64,000 nt of DNA, taken from positions 192,001 to 256,000 of the forward strand of contig CAWGJO010000021.1 in the NCBI GenBank assembly GCA_963822945.1. Reading direction: 5' to 3'. Below the pieces are notes generated by a model. It worked only from the letters and a program-made list of their open reading frames with translations. It searched no databases and had not been told where the DNA came from. Shown in pieces: positions 9,800-21,395 of this stretch. How positions within the stretch are numbered: position 1 is the stretch's first letter; each line of letters opens with the position of its first letter. This DNA comes from an uncultured Gemmatimonadaceae bacterium (GTDB lineage Bacteria; Gemmatimonadota; Gemmatimonadetes; Gemmatimonadales; Gemmatimonadaceae). The translations under genes and the position numbers were made by a program.

Positions 9800-9897
9800 T
9801 GTAGGGCAGAAAATGCTCGTTTCGGTGATCATTTTTCGGGGATGGCCGGGCTATGTCGCCCAGATGATCAGCTAAACGCGCAGAAAGTTGCCCTACA
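9800..9897. repeat. 98-bp element with ~35-bp imperfect terminal inverted repeats (REPIN/MITE-like)
   Basis: Left end tgtagggcagaaaatgctcgtttcggtgatcat versus reverse complement of right end tgtagggcaactttctgcgcgtttagctgatcat; TGT...ACA termini. Confidence 0.6.
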
Positions 9898-9964
9898 AGC
9901 GGTGCTCGAAGGAGTTCCCACACCACGGCTCCCACGCAGCGCGACCGTGGGGGTAACGGAGCGG

Positions 9965-11227
<1,263 letters not shown>

Positions 11228-11384
11228 GAGCTGGTTCGTTCCTTGTCAGGGCGCGGCCTCCACCGCGGCGACGCCCTTCTAGTACTGCTGCCGGAAGGTC
11301 ACAAGTTGGTGGACCCAGACGAAAAGCCCGGGACTATCGCGCGATTGGCGGCGCACGGCGCAGAACGCAATGCTGGTGAACGGC

Positions 11385-11915
11385 TCAGGAGCAGAGGCCG
11401 CCGGCGCATGTCGAGGCCGCAGGGCATGCCCCGGCCGGCGCGGGGGTGCACTGGTCTTGCTCGCTCCAGGCGCGGACAGCGGTGCGGATCTCCTTGATGT
11501 TGGCGAGATCCGCCTCGGTACAGCCCCACACCTGCACGCGGCACTGGTCGTCACGGACCAGCAGCGCGAAGCCGTAGCTCTTCGCCGCCAGGCCGTCGAC
11601 CGGCTGGAAGGCGAGCGACGGAATCACGTACTGGCGCTCGAGGGCCGCCGATGTGTCGCCTTGGGACAGCGTGGCGTCATCCGGGCACGCTCCGTCGAAG
11701 ACCGCCGCTTCCACGTAGGCACCCTGAGCTACGACGTCGCAGGGATCCAGGAGCACCCACTGGGCCGTGCACGACGCAGGCTCGCGGGAGTCGTTCACGC
11801 ACAGCCCGCCCCCGGTGCCGCTGTCTTTGTCGCTGCTGCATCCCGCTGCCAGCAGGCCCGCCGAAACGATGACCACCAGGGCCGCCCCCAAACGCCGCAC
11901 TGTCATGTTCGCCAT
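11385..11915 (-). CDS. Hypothetical Cys-containing lipoprotein
   Basis: GAGG RBS, signal ending LLAAGC, several Cys. Confidence 0.75.
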   Translation of the reverse strand: MANMTVRRLGAALVVIVSAGLLAAGCSSDKDSGTGGGLCVNDSREPASCTAQWVLLDPCDVVAQGAYVEAAVFDGACPDDATLSQGDTSAALERQYVIPSLAFQPVDGLAAKSYGFALLVRDDQCRVQVWGCTEADLANIKEIRTAVRAWSEQDQCTPAPAGACPAASTCAGGLCS

Positions 11916-11958
11916 TGGCACCTCTGTGAGCCAGTGTGCCACAGGCGCAGTCCACGCT

Positions 11959-12594
11959 CTATTTGGCGTTGGGCACGCGCTTGGGGACGTCCGGCGCGAG
12001 CAGTCGGCGGCTGGCGCGTACCAAGGCGCGTTCGCGTCGCACGATGGGAAGGAAACCGCTGCACGGTTGCTCTTCGCGTTCCGGACAGCTGGTGCAGGGC
12101 GCGCGGTTCGGACCGCGCCGGCGATAGCGCGCGCCGAGGGCCACCGTCGAGAGCGCGACGACAGCCGCCAGGATGGCGCCCTCCTGGGACAGCGACACGA
12201 TGCCGCCGACAGCGCCGAAGCCGAGAGCGGAAGACGGCAAGAAACGAGTGCCCCACTTGCTGCCGCCTTCTCCCGGAGTCAGCGACGCAGCGGCAAAGGC
12301 CACGCCGATGATGGCGACGAAAGCGGCCGCCACCCAGGGCGGGCCGATGAGCACGGCGGCGGCGGCACCGCAAACCGCGCCCAGCACCGCCAGGCTGCAG
12401 CCCTTGCACACCCGCCCGCGCTTGCCGACGCGAAATACCTCGGACTCGTAGCGCCCACACAGCGGGTGATGCGCGAAGCGATGAAAGCGGTGCGCCGCCC
12501 GCGAGAGCTGATCCACGTAGCGGACCACGTGCTCGGGCGGACGGGGCGGTCGAACGGCAGCGCGAGGGACGGACGTTGCGTTGCCCTGCGCCAT
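11959..12594 (-). CDS. Hypothetical membrane protein with His/Cys clusters
   Basis: 3' part of ORF 11959-13470 from ATG 12594: HRFHRFAHHPLC, CKGC, ~4 hydrophobic segments, CTSC...PCSG. Confidence 0.7.
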   Translation of the reverse strand: MAQGNATSVPRAAVRPPRPPEHVVRYVDQLSRAAHRFHRFAHHPLCGRYESEVFRVGKRGRVCKGCSLAVLGAVCGAAAAVLIGPPWVAAAFVAIIGVAFAAASLTPGEGGSKWGTRFLPSSALGFGAVGGIVSLSQEGAILAAVVALSTVALGARYRRRGPNRAPCTSCPEREEQPCSGFLPIVRRERALVRASRRLLAPDVPKRVPNAK

Positions 12595-12599
12595 CTCGT

Positions 12600-12931
12600 T
12601 CAGTCCTGGCGCAGCACCACGGCGGTACCGTAGGCGACGATTTCGTTGGTGTTCTGCATCAGCTCGCCGGAATCGAAGCGCATGCCGAGCACGCAATTCG
12701 CGCCCTGATCGAGCGCGTGCTTTTCGAGGCGGTTCATGGCTTCGTTGCGCGAGTCCGTGGCCAGCTCCGTGAGCGCCGAGATCTCCCCGCCGAAGATCTG
12801 CTGGCAGCCAGCGCAGGCAGTGCCCACACGCTGCGGGACCGCACGGTGATGCCCCAGCAGGGACCGACGATCCGCTCGATGTGCGAACCCGGCGGCGCAT
12901 CGAAGGTGGTGAGGATCGGGATCGAGTGCAT
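12600..12931 (-). CDS. ybjQ: YbjQ/UPF0145 family protein (frameshift ~12826)
   Basis: ILTTFDAPPG...GITVRSRSV joined to ...IFGGEISALTELATDSRNEAMNRL...GANCVLGMRFDS...EIVAYGTAVV. Confidence 0.85.
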
Positions 12932-13033
12932 GGTGCAGTGGAAAAGCGGGCGGGCTGGCTGTCAACCGAGAATAAAGTGAGGTCGTCGCCGGGGCCGACA
13001 ATCGCCGGGCTCGCGCCGGACCGACATCCCTGC

Positions 13034-15304
13034 TCAAAACGACACGCGCCTGACTGACCACCGTCACGTCGCCGTGCTGGGATGCGGCGGCGGTCACGGG
13101 GCGCGCCGGCACGTTCAAGCCACGGGGAAAGCCCGGCGTGTGGTCGGCGACCAAGAGCTCGATGGGAGCCGCGCCGGTGGAGAGCTCCAGCGTGACGCCA
13201 TCGTCGCTGGGTCCGGCGAACACCACGCGGCGTCCGTGGTCCGTGGGCCAGGGAGTGACCGGCGCGCCCTCGAAGGACACGCCGCTCACCTGCGTCGAGT
13301 CGGGCCACTCGACGCTCAGTACTCGTGCGCCGCGTTGGGAGCGGAGCCTGAGGCGCAGGTGCCTGAGGGCTCCCCGCGGTGCGGAGGCGAGCAACTCGAC
13401 TTCCGGCGCCGGCAAGTGGACGCTCGGGCCTTCGGCGGCTCGCGCCTGGGGTCCCCAGCCGCCCAGCCACGGCGACGGATCCACCAACTCGGCGCCGAGC
13501 TTGGTGCGCTCGGCGAAGGCTTCGGAGATGGGTCCGCCGGACGCGTCCACGAGCCAGCGCGTGCGCGTGGGCTCGACCGAAAGGGCGATGCTCATGCGCT
13601 GCGGCGCCTCGCGGGAAAATGGTTTCTGCGCGGCGGCGACCCCGAGGCTGGCCAGGAAGCGCGATGCTCGCGGCGACGACGGTGCGGGATCTTGCGCCCG
13701 AGCGCGAGGGTGGGAAAGAGCGGCACGAACGGGGACAGGATCACGGCCCAGACCACCGCCGTAGCGCCGGGCACGGCAAAACCGATGGCGTCGCTCGAGC
13801 AGGATCGTGGCCAGCGGCAGCCACAGGACCCAGACCAGCGCGGCGGATACCAGCACCGCGAGGGGCAGAGCACCGTCGCTGCTACTCGCGGCGCGCGAAA
13901 CCGATGCAGGTTGCCAGCGCCGCGCCGAGGCCCGGTAGCAAGAGCACGAAGCTAGCCTTGGGCTCCAAGATCGCGACGACCGCAGCGCCGCCCAGCCAGA
14001 ACAGCTGAGCACCCGCCCACTCGTCCACGGCATGGCGCGCGGTCTTGGCAGCGAAGGCGACGGCGAGCGCGCCGGCTCCGGCGCAGGCAGCGGTGAATGC
14101 CGTGGGGTGGGCCACGAACGCTCCGGGCAGCGCACCGCTCGCTTTCCAAACGCGTTGTGCGAACGCGCCCAGCACGCCCGCAACGGCCAGCACCGCGAAG
14201 AAGCGCAACAGCGCCCAGAGCGATCCCGAAAGCGACAGTCCCCCGCGGCGCAGCAGGAGCAGCCCGCCGATGGCCGCCAAGGCCAGAGCGATGCCGGCCA
14301 AGATGCGCGCCCACAGCACGGGCCAGCTCACCACGGTAACGCCAAGAAGATCGAAGTAGACGGCATCGCCGCGGGGCGGCGACTCCACGGACGTCGAGCT
14401 GGACAGCGCGTGCACGGTGGCAAGGGCATTGTCGCCTTGATGCTGCAAGCTGCCCGGGTCGAGGTGTTCCAGATCGTCCAGCGGCGTGTGGTAGCGGGCG
14501 ACGCCGCCGATGAACGCGAAGCCGACTCCGTGGTACCCGTGCGCGCGGAACACCGACAGATCCGTGTCGTTGGGCATACGGCGGTAGACCGCGTAGAACA
14601 GCGAGCTCGTCACCGGATGCGAGAGGCGGGGCCCGACGCGGGCGAGCAGCCAGGCGTCGTCGGCGGTGGTTTCGAACAGCAGGCTCGGTCCCTGGGTGCC
14701 GCGCGCTTCGAGGTTCACGACGACGCCGACGTCTTTGCTCAGCTCGCGGTCCGCGACGAAGGCCTTGGCGCCGAGCAAGCCGACTTCCTCGCCGTCGTCG
14801 ATCAAGAGCAGCACTGGCAAGAGCGGCTTGTCCCCGGCGCGAAGGGCGCGGGCCACCTCGAGGATGGCCGCCACACCCGAGCCGTCGTCCGCTGCGCCCG
14901 GCCCCGCGCCCACGGAATCGTAATGCGCGGCGAGCATCACGGCGGGCCCCGGTTTCTGTCCCTCGATGCGCGCGATGACGTTCTGCACGCGAGCGCAGGT
15001 CCCGCGCCCACCGCAGGTCACGGCTTCTTGTCGCTTGGGCTCGAGGCCCAGGGCAGCGAAGCTCGTCCTCGATACGTTGACGCACGCGCTCGTTCTGCTC
15101 GGAACCGACCGGGTGAGGCGTCGAAGTTTGCAGAACGCGACCCAGCGCGGCGCGAGCTCGCGCTTCGGAGAACTGCTCGGGTGCTGCGTCTGCTGAACGG
15201 GGCCGCGTGGGTCTGAGCGCAGCGCGGGTGGCGAGGAGCGCCAGGAACAGCAAGGCGAGCGCGATGAAGAGTGCGCCGCGGCCGAGCTTTGCGCGCTCAG
15301 CCAC
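13034..15304 (-). CDS. Membrane-bound M28 family metallopeptidase (ERMP1-like); several frameshifts, 3' end approximate
   Basis: FSEARA...PHPVGS, AHYDSV..GPGAADDGSG, DDGEEVGLLGA, NLEARG, PNDTD, YHTPLD, SLQHQG, then TM helices and a C-terminal domain, spread over ORFs 13952-15340, 13882-15717, 13592-13873 and 12600-14183. The GTG start overlaps the SMUG1 stop. Confidence 0.85.
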
Positions 15305-16022
15305 GACGCGCCGCCGGGATCCGCACCCCAAGAGCGGCAAGCTCGGCGCTGGCGGCCTGAGACCAGCCGCGGTTGGCCTTGGGACTTGCGGGACTCGGAT
15401 GCAGCACCGAGCCCACCCTCACCCGCTCGCCGACCACCTCGCGGGCGCGCTTCTCCGCGAAGGCACCCACACCCACCAGGAGCTCCGGCTCGAGCAGCTT
15501 CACGGTGCGAACCAGCGCTTCGTTGCAGGCGTCGAACAGCGGCGCGCGCTCTGCCTCGGGCAGCTTGTCGGGAGTGCGGTTCTTGCCGCTCTCCTCCATG
15601 AACACCAGCGGACAGTAGTTGACCACGAAGTGCTCTCGGAAGAAGCGCTCCGGCGTGCCGAAGCGCTCCTTGGCGAAGCCCCACAGACGTGATCCGCTCA
15701 CCTCCGCGCGGGTGCACTCGAAGCCGAGGACCGGCCGCTTCGGATGCTCGCGCGGCGGGCGACCTACCTTTTCATGAATGCCGAGCCAGTCGCGAACCAA
15801 CGACACCTCGCCGAAGGGCACGCCGGTCTGGGCCATGCCGAAGGGACCCGGGTTCATGCCCAACAGCACCACGCGTTTCTTGCCCGTGCCAAAGCGCGAG
15901 AGATACGCCTCGTGCGGTGCGCGCGCGTACTCCAGCGGATTGTACACGAACCGCACCGGCTCGCCGAAGCGCAGCTTTGCCACCCGCTTGCACAAGTCGC
16001 GACTGATGCGTGTCAGGTCCAC
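15297..16022 (-). CDS. smug1: SMUG1-type (family 3) uracil-DNA glycosylase
   Basis: VYNPLEYA, LGMNPGPFGMAQTGVPFGEV, EVSGSRLW, NYCPL, NRTPDKL, HPSPASP. The start could be as far upstream as 16064. Confidence 0.93.
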   Translation of the reverse strand: MDLTRISRDLCKRVAKLRFGEPVRFVYNPLEYARAPHEAYLSRFGTGKKRVVLLGMNPGPFGMAQTGVPFGEVSLVRDWLGIHEKVGRPPREHPKRPVLGFECTRAEVSGSRLWGFAKERFGTPERFFREHFVVNYCPLVFMEESGKNRTPDKLPEAERAPLFDACNEALVRTVKLLEPELLVGVGAFAEKRAREVVGERVRVGSVLHPSPASPKANRGWSQAASAELAALGVRIPAARRG

Positions 16023-16103
16023 TGGACCTGCGATAGACCAGCAGCGCGCTGCTGAAAAGCTCATCGAGGTGTCGGCGCGGTCGCTCTCGCCCTAGAATCA
16101 GAC

Positions 16104-19100
16104 ATGATGGGCGGCCCTGCCGAACAGCCGGAAAGCACACGGCACACCGAAGCGCCGACAGTGATCGATTCGGGCACACGGCCCGCCGGCGACGGCGCGT
16201 CGCGCTTGTTTGCGGATGGCACGACGATCCGTGATCGCTACCGGGTGGTGCGGCTCTTGGGCTTGGGCGGCTTCGGCGAGGTGTACGAGGTCCTGGACGA
16301 GCTCGCCGGCGGCCGGCGCTCGGCGCTCAAGCTCACCCGGCTGGTGGATGCCGACGCGCAATCTTTGGAGACGTTGAAGGCCGAGTTTTCGCTGCTCGCA
16401 TCCCTGTCCCACCCGAACCTGGCGGAGGTGCACGACTTCGGCCACATCGCCACCGACGTCGCCTACTTCACCCAATCCCTGGTCAGCGGCGAGCCGCTGA
16501 GCTCCTCCGGCCTGCGCCCCGACGATCCAGAAGCCATCCCTTTTTGGGCTCAGCTCTGTCGCGCGCTCGAGTACCTGCACGGGCGTGGCATCCTGCATCG
16601 CGACGTCAAGCCCTCGAACGTGCTGGTGGATCGCCAGGCGAACAAGCTCACGCTGTTGGACTTCGGCATTTCGCGCGCCTTCGGCGGCAGCGACGACCAC
16701 CGCCTGGTCGGCACCTTCGCCTACATGCCGCCCGAGGCCATCACCGCCGGCCCGCTGGACGCTCGCGCCGATCTGTACTCCCTGGGCATCACCTTGTACC
16801 GCCAGGTGATGGGCGAGGTTCCCTTCCGCGGCTCCGCCGCCGAGGTTCTCGCACAGCAGCTGTCCGCACCGGTGCCGGAGCTTCCCGAGTCCAAAGTGAA
16901 GCCCACCGTTGCGCGCGTCATCAAACGACTCTTGGAGAAGGATCCCGGCGCGCGTTTCGCCAGCGCCGCGGAGGCGCTCTCGGCGCTGGCGGAAGCCAAC
17001 GGCGTACGCCCGGACGCGGAGCCCGTGGAATCCCTGGCCAGCTACGTCCTCTCCGGTCGCTTCGTTGGCCACGAGGCGGCCGTGGAGCAACTGCGGGAGC
17101 GCGTCATCCTGCGCGAGCCCGGGGGCGCTGCGTTCGTCGTGGTGGGCGACGCGGGCAGCGGCAAGTCGCGCTTGCTGCGTGAGCTCCGGCAACGGGCTCA
17201 GCTCGCCGGCCGGCTGTGGGTCCAGGTTCGCGCGCGCCCCAGCTGGGCGGCCAAGTCCGTGGTTCCGTCCATCGCGCGCGCAGTGCTCACCCCCGCGGTC
17301 GTCGACCGCCTGTCCGACGACGACCGCAAGGAGCTGGCTCGCGCGCTGCCGGAGCTGCGCCGCCGCGGCGAGCGTCTGGGCATGGCGCTCGACCCGGAGC
17401 GCGCCCGGCGCGCACGCATCGAAGCACTGGGCCGCGCCCTGGCGCTGTGCTTCGAGCTCAACGCGGGCGCCCTCGCGGTGGAAGACGTGCACTGGGCGGA
17501 CGAAGACGTGGCCGAGCTGCTGGCCGGACTGGTGCTCTCCGCACGGCGCCACGGCGCCCGAGCAGCCTTCGTGCTCTCCTCGCGACCGAACCCGCTCGCG
17601 GACACGCTGGTGGGCACGCTGGGTGCCGACCCAATCTCGTGCGACACGCTCTCGCCGAGTGCCGCGCGGGAGCTTGTCGCGTCCATGTTCGGGCGCTCGG
17701 AGCTTCTGGACGACTGCGCCCTGGGCGCCCACCTGCGAGAGCACGGCGCGGTCGCTCAGCACCTGCAGGAATCCCTGCGCCTGGCCCTGGAGACCGGCGC
17801 CATCGTGCGGCAAAGCGGAGAGTGGGTGTTGGCCCGGGAGCTTCCCGCGCTGCCGGTGAACGAGGTGCTGTCCGCGCGCGTGCATCGGCTCGGGCGCGAG
17901 AGCCAGCGGCTGGCCCTGGCCGTCGCCGTGTTGGGCGGAGAGGCTTCCGGCGCGGAGCTCGCCGAGGTGGCTCCCCGCAGCTTCACCCTGGGTCTCCGCG
18001 CCCTGGTTCGCGCCGGCATCGTGGAAGAGCGCACCGACGACCGCGGCCGGGCACAGTACGCGATGCACGATCGCTACCGCGAGATGGTGATCCAGACGGC
18101 GCGGCCGGACAGCTTGCGCGCTGCCCACCGTCGAGCCGGAAAGCTCCGCCGCCGCACCGGCCGCGGCGACTGGCGCGCGCTCCTGCAAGCCGCGGAGCAC
18201 TACCAGAGCGGCGGCGATCTCGGCCGCGCGGTGCGCATCGCGATGGAGGCCGCGCGAGCCGCGGAAGCTGCGGGACGCCCGGATCAGGCCGCGCTGGCCA
18301 GCCAGATGGAGATCAGCCTGCACCGGGCTCACGGCCAGGTGCCGGTGGACGCCTGGCTTCGGCGACTGGACGCATGCGTGCTGGCAGGCGTCGGCGCGGG
18401 GGTGGACGAAGCGCTCGCCGCACTGCTGCGCCTGCTATCGAGTGCCACGCCGACCGAACGGCAAGAGATCCGTCTGCGCGAGGCGCGGGTGGCGGTGGCG
18501 CGCGGCGAGCCGGAGCGCGCCCGCCAAATCGTGGACACGCTGCAGGCGACCGACGTGTTGGCGGCGGAGGTCGCCATGGTCAGCGCCACCATCAACGAGG
18601 ACTACGGCAACCAGGCCCGCGCCCTGGAAGACTTCACTCGGGCAGCCGAGATCGCGAAGCAAGGCCGCGACACGGCGCTGGAGTCGCGCGCGTGGCTGGG
18701 CGCTTCCCTGGCCGCGCTGCGGTTGGGTGTGGCCCAGGCCGCGCGCGACACCGCGCGCCAATCCGTGCGCGCGGCTCGGGCGGCGGCGGATCCCGTCGCT
18801 CATTCCGAGGCGCTCCGCGCGCTGGGCAACGCGGAGCGCGAAATCGGCGAGGTGCGAGCCGCCTTGGGACTGTATCGGCGAGCCGTACGTTCCGCGCGCA
18901 GCTCCGGCAGCGCCCAGAGCGAAGCGAAGGCGCTGAACAACCTCGGAACCGTGTGCCAGTGGACGGGGCTGATCGGGGAAGCCGTTGCCGCTTTCGAGCG
19001 GTCTTTGCAGCTGAAGGACCGACTCGAGCTTCACGCCTCGGCGATGATCACCCGCAACAACGTCGGGCAGCTGTACTTGGCCTTGGGTCGAGTTGACGAC

Positions 19101-19764
19101 GCCGAAAGCGAGCTACGCGCCGTGGCGGCGGCGTCCAGCCAAGCCGCGCCCGTCGTGGTCGCGCTGGCCTGGTCGAACCTCGGCGACGTCGGCGTGGTGC
19201 GCGGGGATCTCGACGGTGCCATCGCCTGCTATCGGACCGCCCACGCCCAGAATGCCGAACGTGGAATCGCGGTGCAAGACTCCCACGCGCTGTGTGGCTT
19301 GATCCGTACGCTGTTGATGCGCGGGGCCGAAGGGGACGCCGAAGAGGCGCGCGCTCTGCGCGTGGAGTTCGACGCCCTCGAAGGCCGCCACGAGATGGCC
19401 GAATCGCGACGCCGCCACCACTCGGCGGCCGCTGCGTTGCTCGACTACGAGGGCAAGACACGCGAGGCCTTGGAGCGGATCCGACGCGCCTTCCAAGAAT
19501 CCGGCCGATCGCCGCATGCAGTACTCCGACGTGTTCGCTACCGCTTTGGAGGTGCGCTTGATGGAAGCCGTGCTGCTCCGGCGCTTGGGCCAAGCCGCCA
19601 AAGCCGAGCGCTGCGCCCGCCGCGCCGCGAAGCGCCTGCGGACCTACGCCGACAAGATGGGCGATGACGCCCGGAGCTTCGTCGAGGCCAGCCCCGCGCA
19701 TCGCGCCCTGGCCGCCTGCCGGCTCGACGCTCCACGCGGCTGGTATTGGCCGCAAGACATCTAA
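16104..19764 (+). CDS. Ser/Thr protein kinase - STAND-like P-loop ATPase - TPR protein (frameshift ~19494)
   Basis: LGLGGFGEVY, ALK, HRDVKPSN, DFG, GTFAYMPPE; Walker A GDAGSGKS, Walker B VEDVHWAD; TPR-like ALNNLG/NNVG/SNLG. C-terminus continues in ORF 19516-19764. Confidence 0.9.
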
Positions 19765-19768
19765 ATCT

Positions 19769-19792
19769 GGTTTGTTGGTCCGGCGCGGAACC
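19769..19792 (+). repeat. Dispersed intergenic motif, copy 3
   Basis: ggtttgttggtccggcgcggaacc. Confidence 0.8.
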
Positions 19793-19806
19793 CAGCAAGC
19801 GGCGCC

Positions 19807-20592
19807 TCAGCGTCCCTGCACCATCGGCACGAAGCGCACGTCCATCAGCTCCTTTCGCTCCAGCGCATCCCGTCCCGGACCGCGCCGCGTCCAGCGCTCC
19901 AGAAGCTGCACGCCGTCCTCGGGACCCACCGGCACCACCAGGCGTCCGCCTACCGCGAGCTGGTCCAGGAGCGCCTGGGGCACCTGTGGCGGAGCCGCCG
20001 TCACGATGATCACTTGAAACGGCGCTGCCTCGGGCCAACCTCGGTAGCCGTCCCCGGTGCGCAGCGCCACCTTGTCCTCGCCGTAGCCCAGGCGGCGGAG
20101 GTTCTCTTTGGCGAAGCGGGCGAGCTCGGGGACGATCTCGATGCTGAACACCTTCTGGCACAGCTCGGCGAGCACCGCAGCCTGGTAGCCGCTGCCGGTG
20201 CCGATTTCCAGACAGCGGTCGGTGGGCTTGGGCAGTGCCGCTTCGGTCATGGCCGCCACCACGTAGGGCTGGCTGATGGACTGGCCGGCGGGGATGGGCA
20301 GCGGCACGTCGGCATAGGCATAGTCGCGGAACGCCTCGGGCACGAACTCGTGACGTGGGACCTTGCGCGCCGCCGCCAGCACGCGTGCATCCTTGATGCC
20401 TTCGGCGACCAAGGCATTTTGGACCATGCTTTCGCGGGCGCGCGCGAGCTTCTCCTCCTCGCCGCTGACGGCGGGCCGAGTCGAGGCGCTCGGCGCGGCA
20501 GCTGGTTGCCTTTCGGCAGGCGCGTCGGCGTGCCGCGTTTCGGTGCCACGACACGACGAGAGCGCGGCGAGCAGCACGAGCGCGAGCCTCAT
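19807..20592 (-). CDS. pcm: Protein-L-isoaspartate O-methyltransferase, paralog B, with a lipoprotein-like signal
   Basis: MRLALVLLAALSSC; VPRHEFVP, ISQPYVVAAM, LEIGTGSGYQAAVLA, GDGYRGWPEAAPF, VRFVPM. Confidence 0.93.
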   Translation of the reverse strand: MRLALVLLAALSSCRGTETRHADAPAERQPAAAPSASTRPAVSGEEEKLARARESMVQNALVAEGIKDARVLAAARKVPRHEFVPEAFRDYAYADVPLPIPAGQSISQPYVVAAMTEAALPKPTDRCLEIGTGSGYQAAVLAELCQKVFSIEIVPELARFAKENLRRLGYGEDKVALRTGDGYRGWPEAAPFQVIIVTAAPPQVPQALLDQLAVGGRLVVPVGPEDGVQLLERWTRRGPGRDALERKELMDVRFVPMVQGR

Positions 20593-20594
20593 GG

Positions 20595-21318
20595 TCAGCG
20601 CTCGCTCACCATCGGAACGAAGCGCACGTTCATGAGCTCTTCCTTCTCGAAAGCAGCGTCCCCCTGCCCCGGCTCGAGGCGGGTCCAGCGCTGGAGCGTT
20701 TGCACGCCGCCTTCCGGACCTACGGGCACGATCAACCGCCCCTTCTCCGCGAGCTGGTCCAAGAGCGCGCGGGGCACTTTCGGCGGAGCGGCCGTCACGA
20801 TGATCACCTGAAAGGGCGCCTCTTCGGGCCAGCCCTTGTAGCCGTCCCCGGTGTACAGCTGCACCCGGTCCGGCCCGTAGCCCAGGCGCCGCAGGTTCTC
20901 CTTCGCGAAGCGGGCGAGCTCGGGAACGATCTCGATGCTGAACACCTTCTGGCACAGCTCTGCGAGCACCGCAGCCTGGTAGCCGCTGCCGGTGCCGATC
21001 TCCAGGCAGCGATCCGTACGCTTCGGCAGCGCCGCCTCGGTCATGGCCGCCACCACGTAGGGCTGGCTGATGGTTTGACCCCAGCCGATGGGCAGCGGCC
21101 GATCGCTCGTATGCGTACTTGCGGCTGGGTTTGGGCACCAGCTCGTGGCGCGGCACCTTGCGCATCGCCGCGAGCACGCGGGCGTCTTTGACGCCGCGGG
21201 CCACGACCGTGCGCTTCACCATGGCGAGCCGCTGACGGGCGAAATCGTCGTCGCTCGGTTTGTCGCACGCGCCGACCGCCAGCACGGCGACGACGAGCCC
21301 TGAACGGGTCCCTATCAT
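20595..21318 (-). CDS. pcm: Protein-L-isoaspartate O-methyltransferase, paralog A, with a lipoprotein-like signal (frameshift ~21105)
   Basis: MIGTRSGLVVAVLAVGAC; VPRHELVP, joined to ISQPYVVAAM, LEIGTGSGYQ, VRFVPM of ORF 20595-21056. Confidence 0.9.
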
Positions 21319-21395
21319 GCCTGCCGTCCTCGAGTTTGCGGTAGCGCATGGCGTCGGGCTTGGCAATTGACGCCCGACAACGGTAGTTACCCGCC

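Noticed and set aside
9800..9897. Integron attC site
   Set aside because: The ends are GTAGGGC...GCCCTAC, not RYYYAAC...GTTRRRY, and there is no integrase or cassette array.
12600..14183. M28 peptidase-YbjQ fusion
   Set aside because: YbjQ has its own start at 12931 and the join depends on indels.
16098..18332. Long antisense or alternative-frame ORFs (e.g. 16098-18332, 28380-30617, 3520-4869)
   Set aside because: Shadow ORFs expected in high-GC DNA. They overlap well-supported genes and lack recognisable motifs.
19807..21366. Single 519-aa double-Pcm fusion from the ORF track
   Set aside because: Artefact of the indel at ~21105. The corrected paralog A stops at 20595 and paralog B has its own ATG and leader at 20592.
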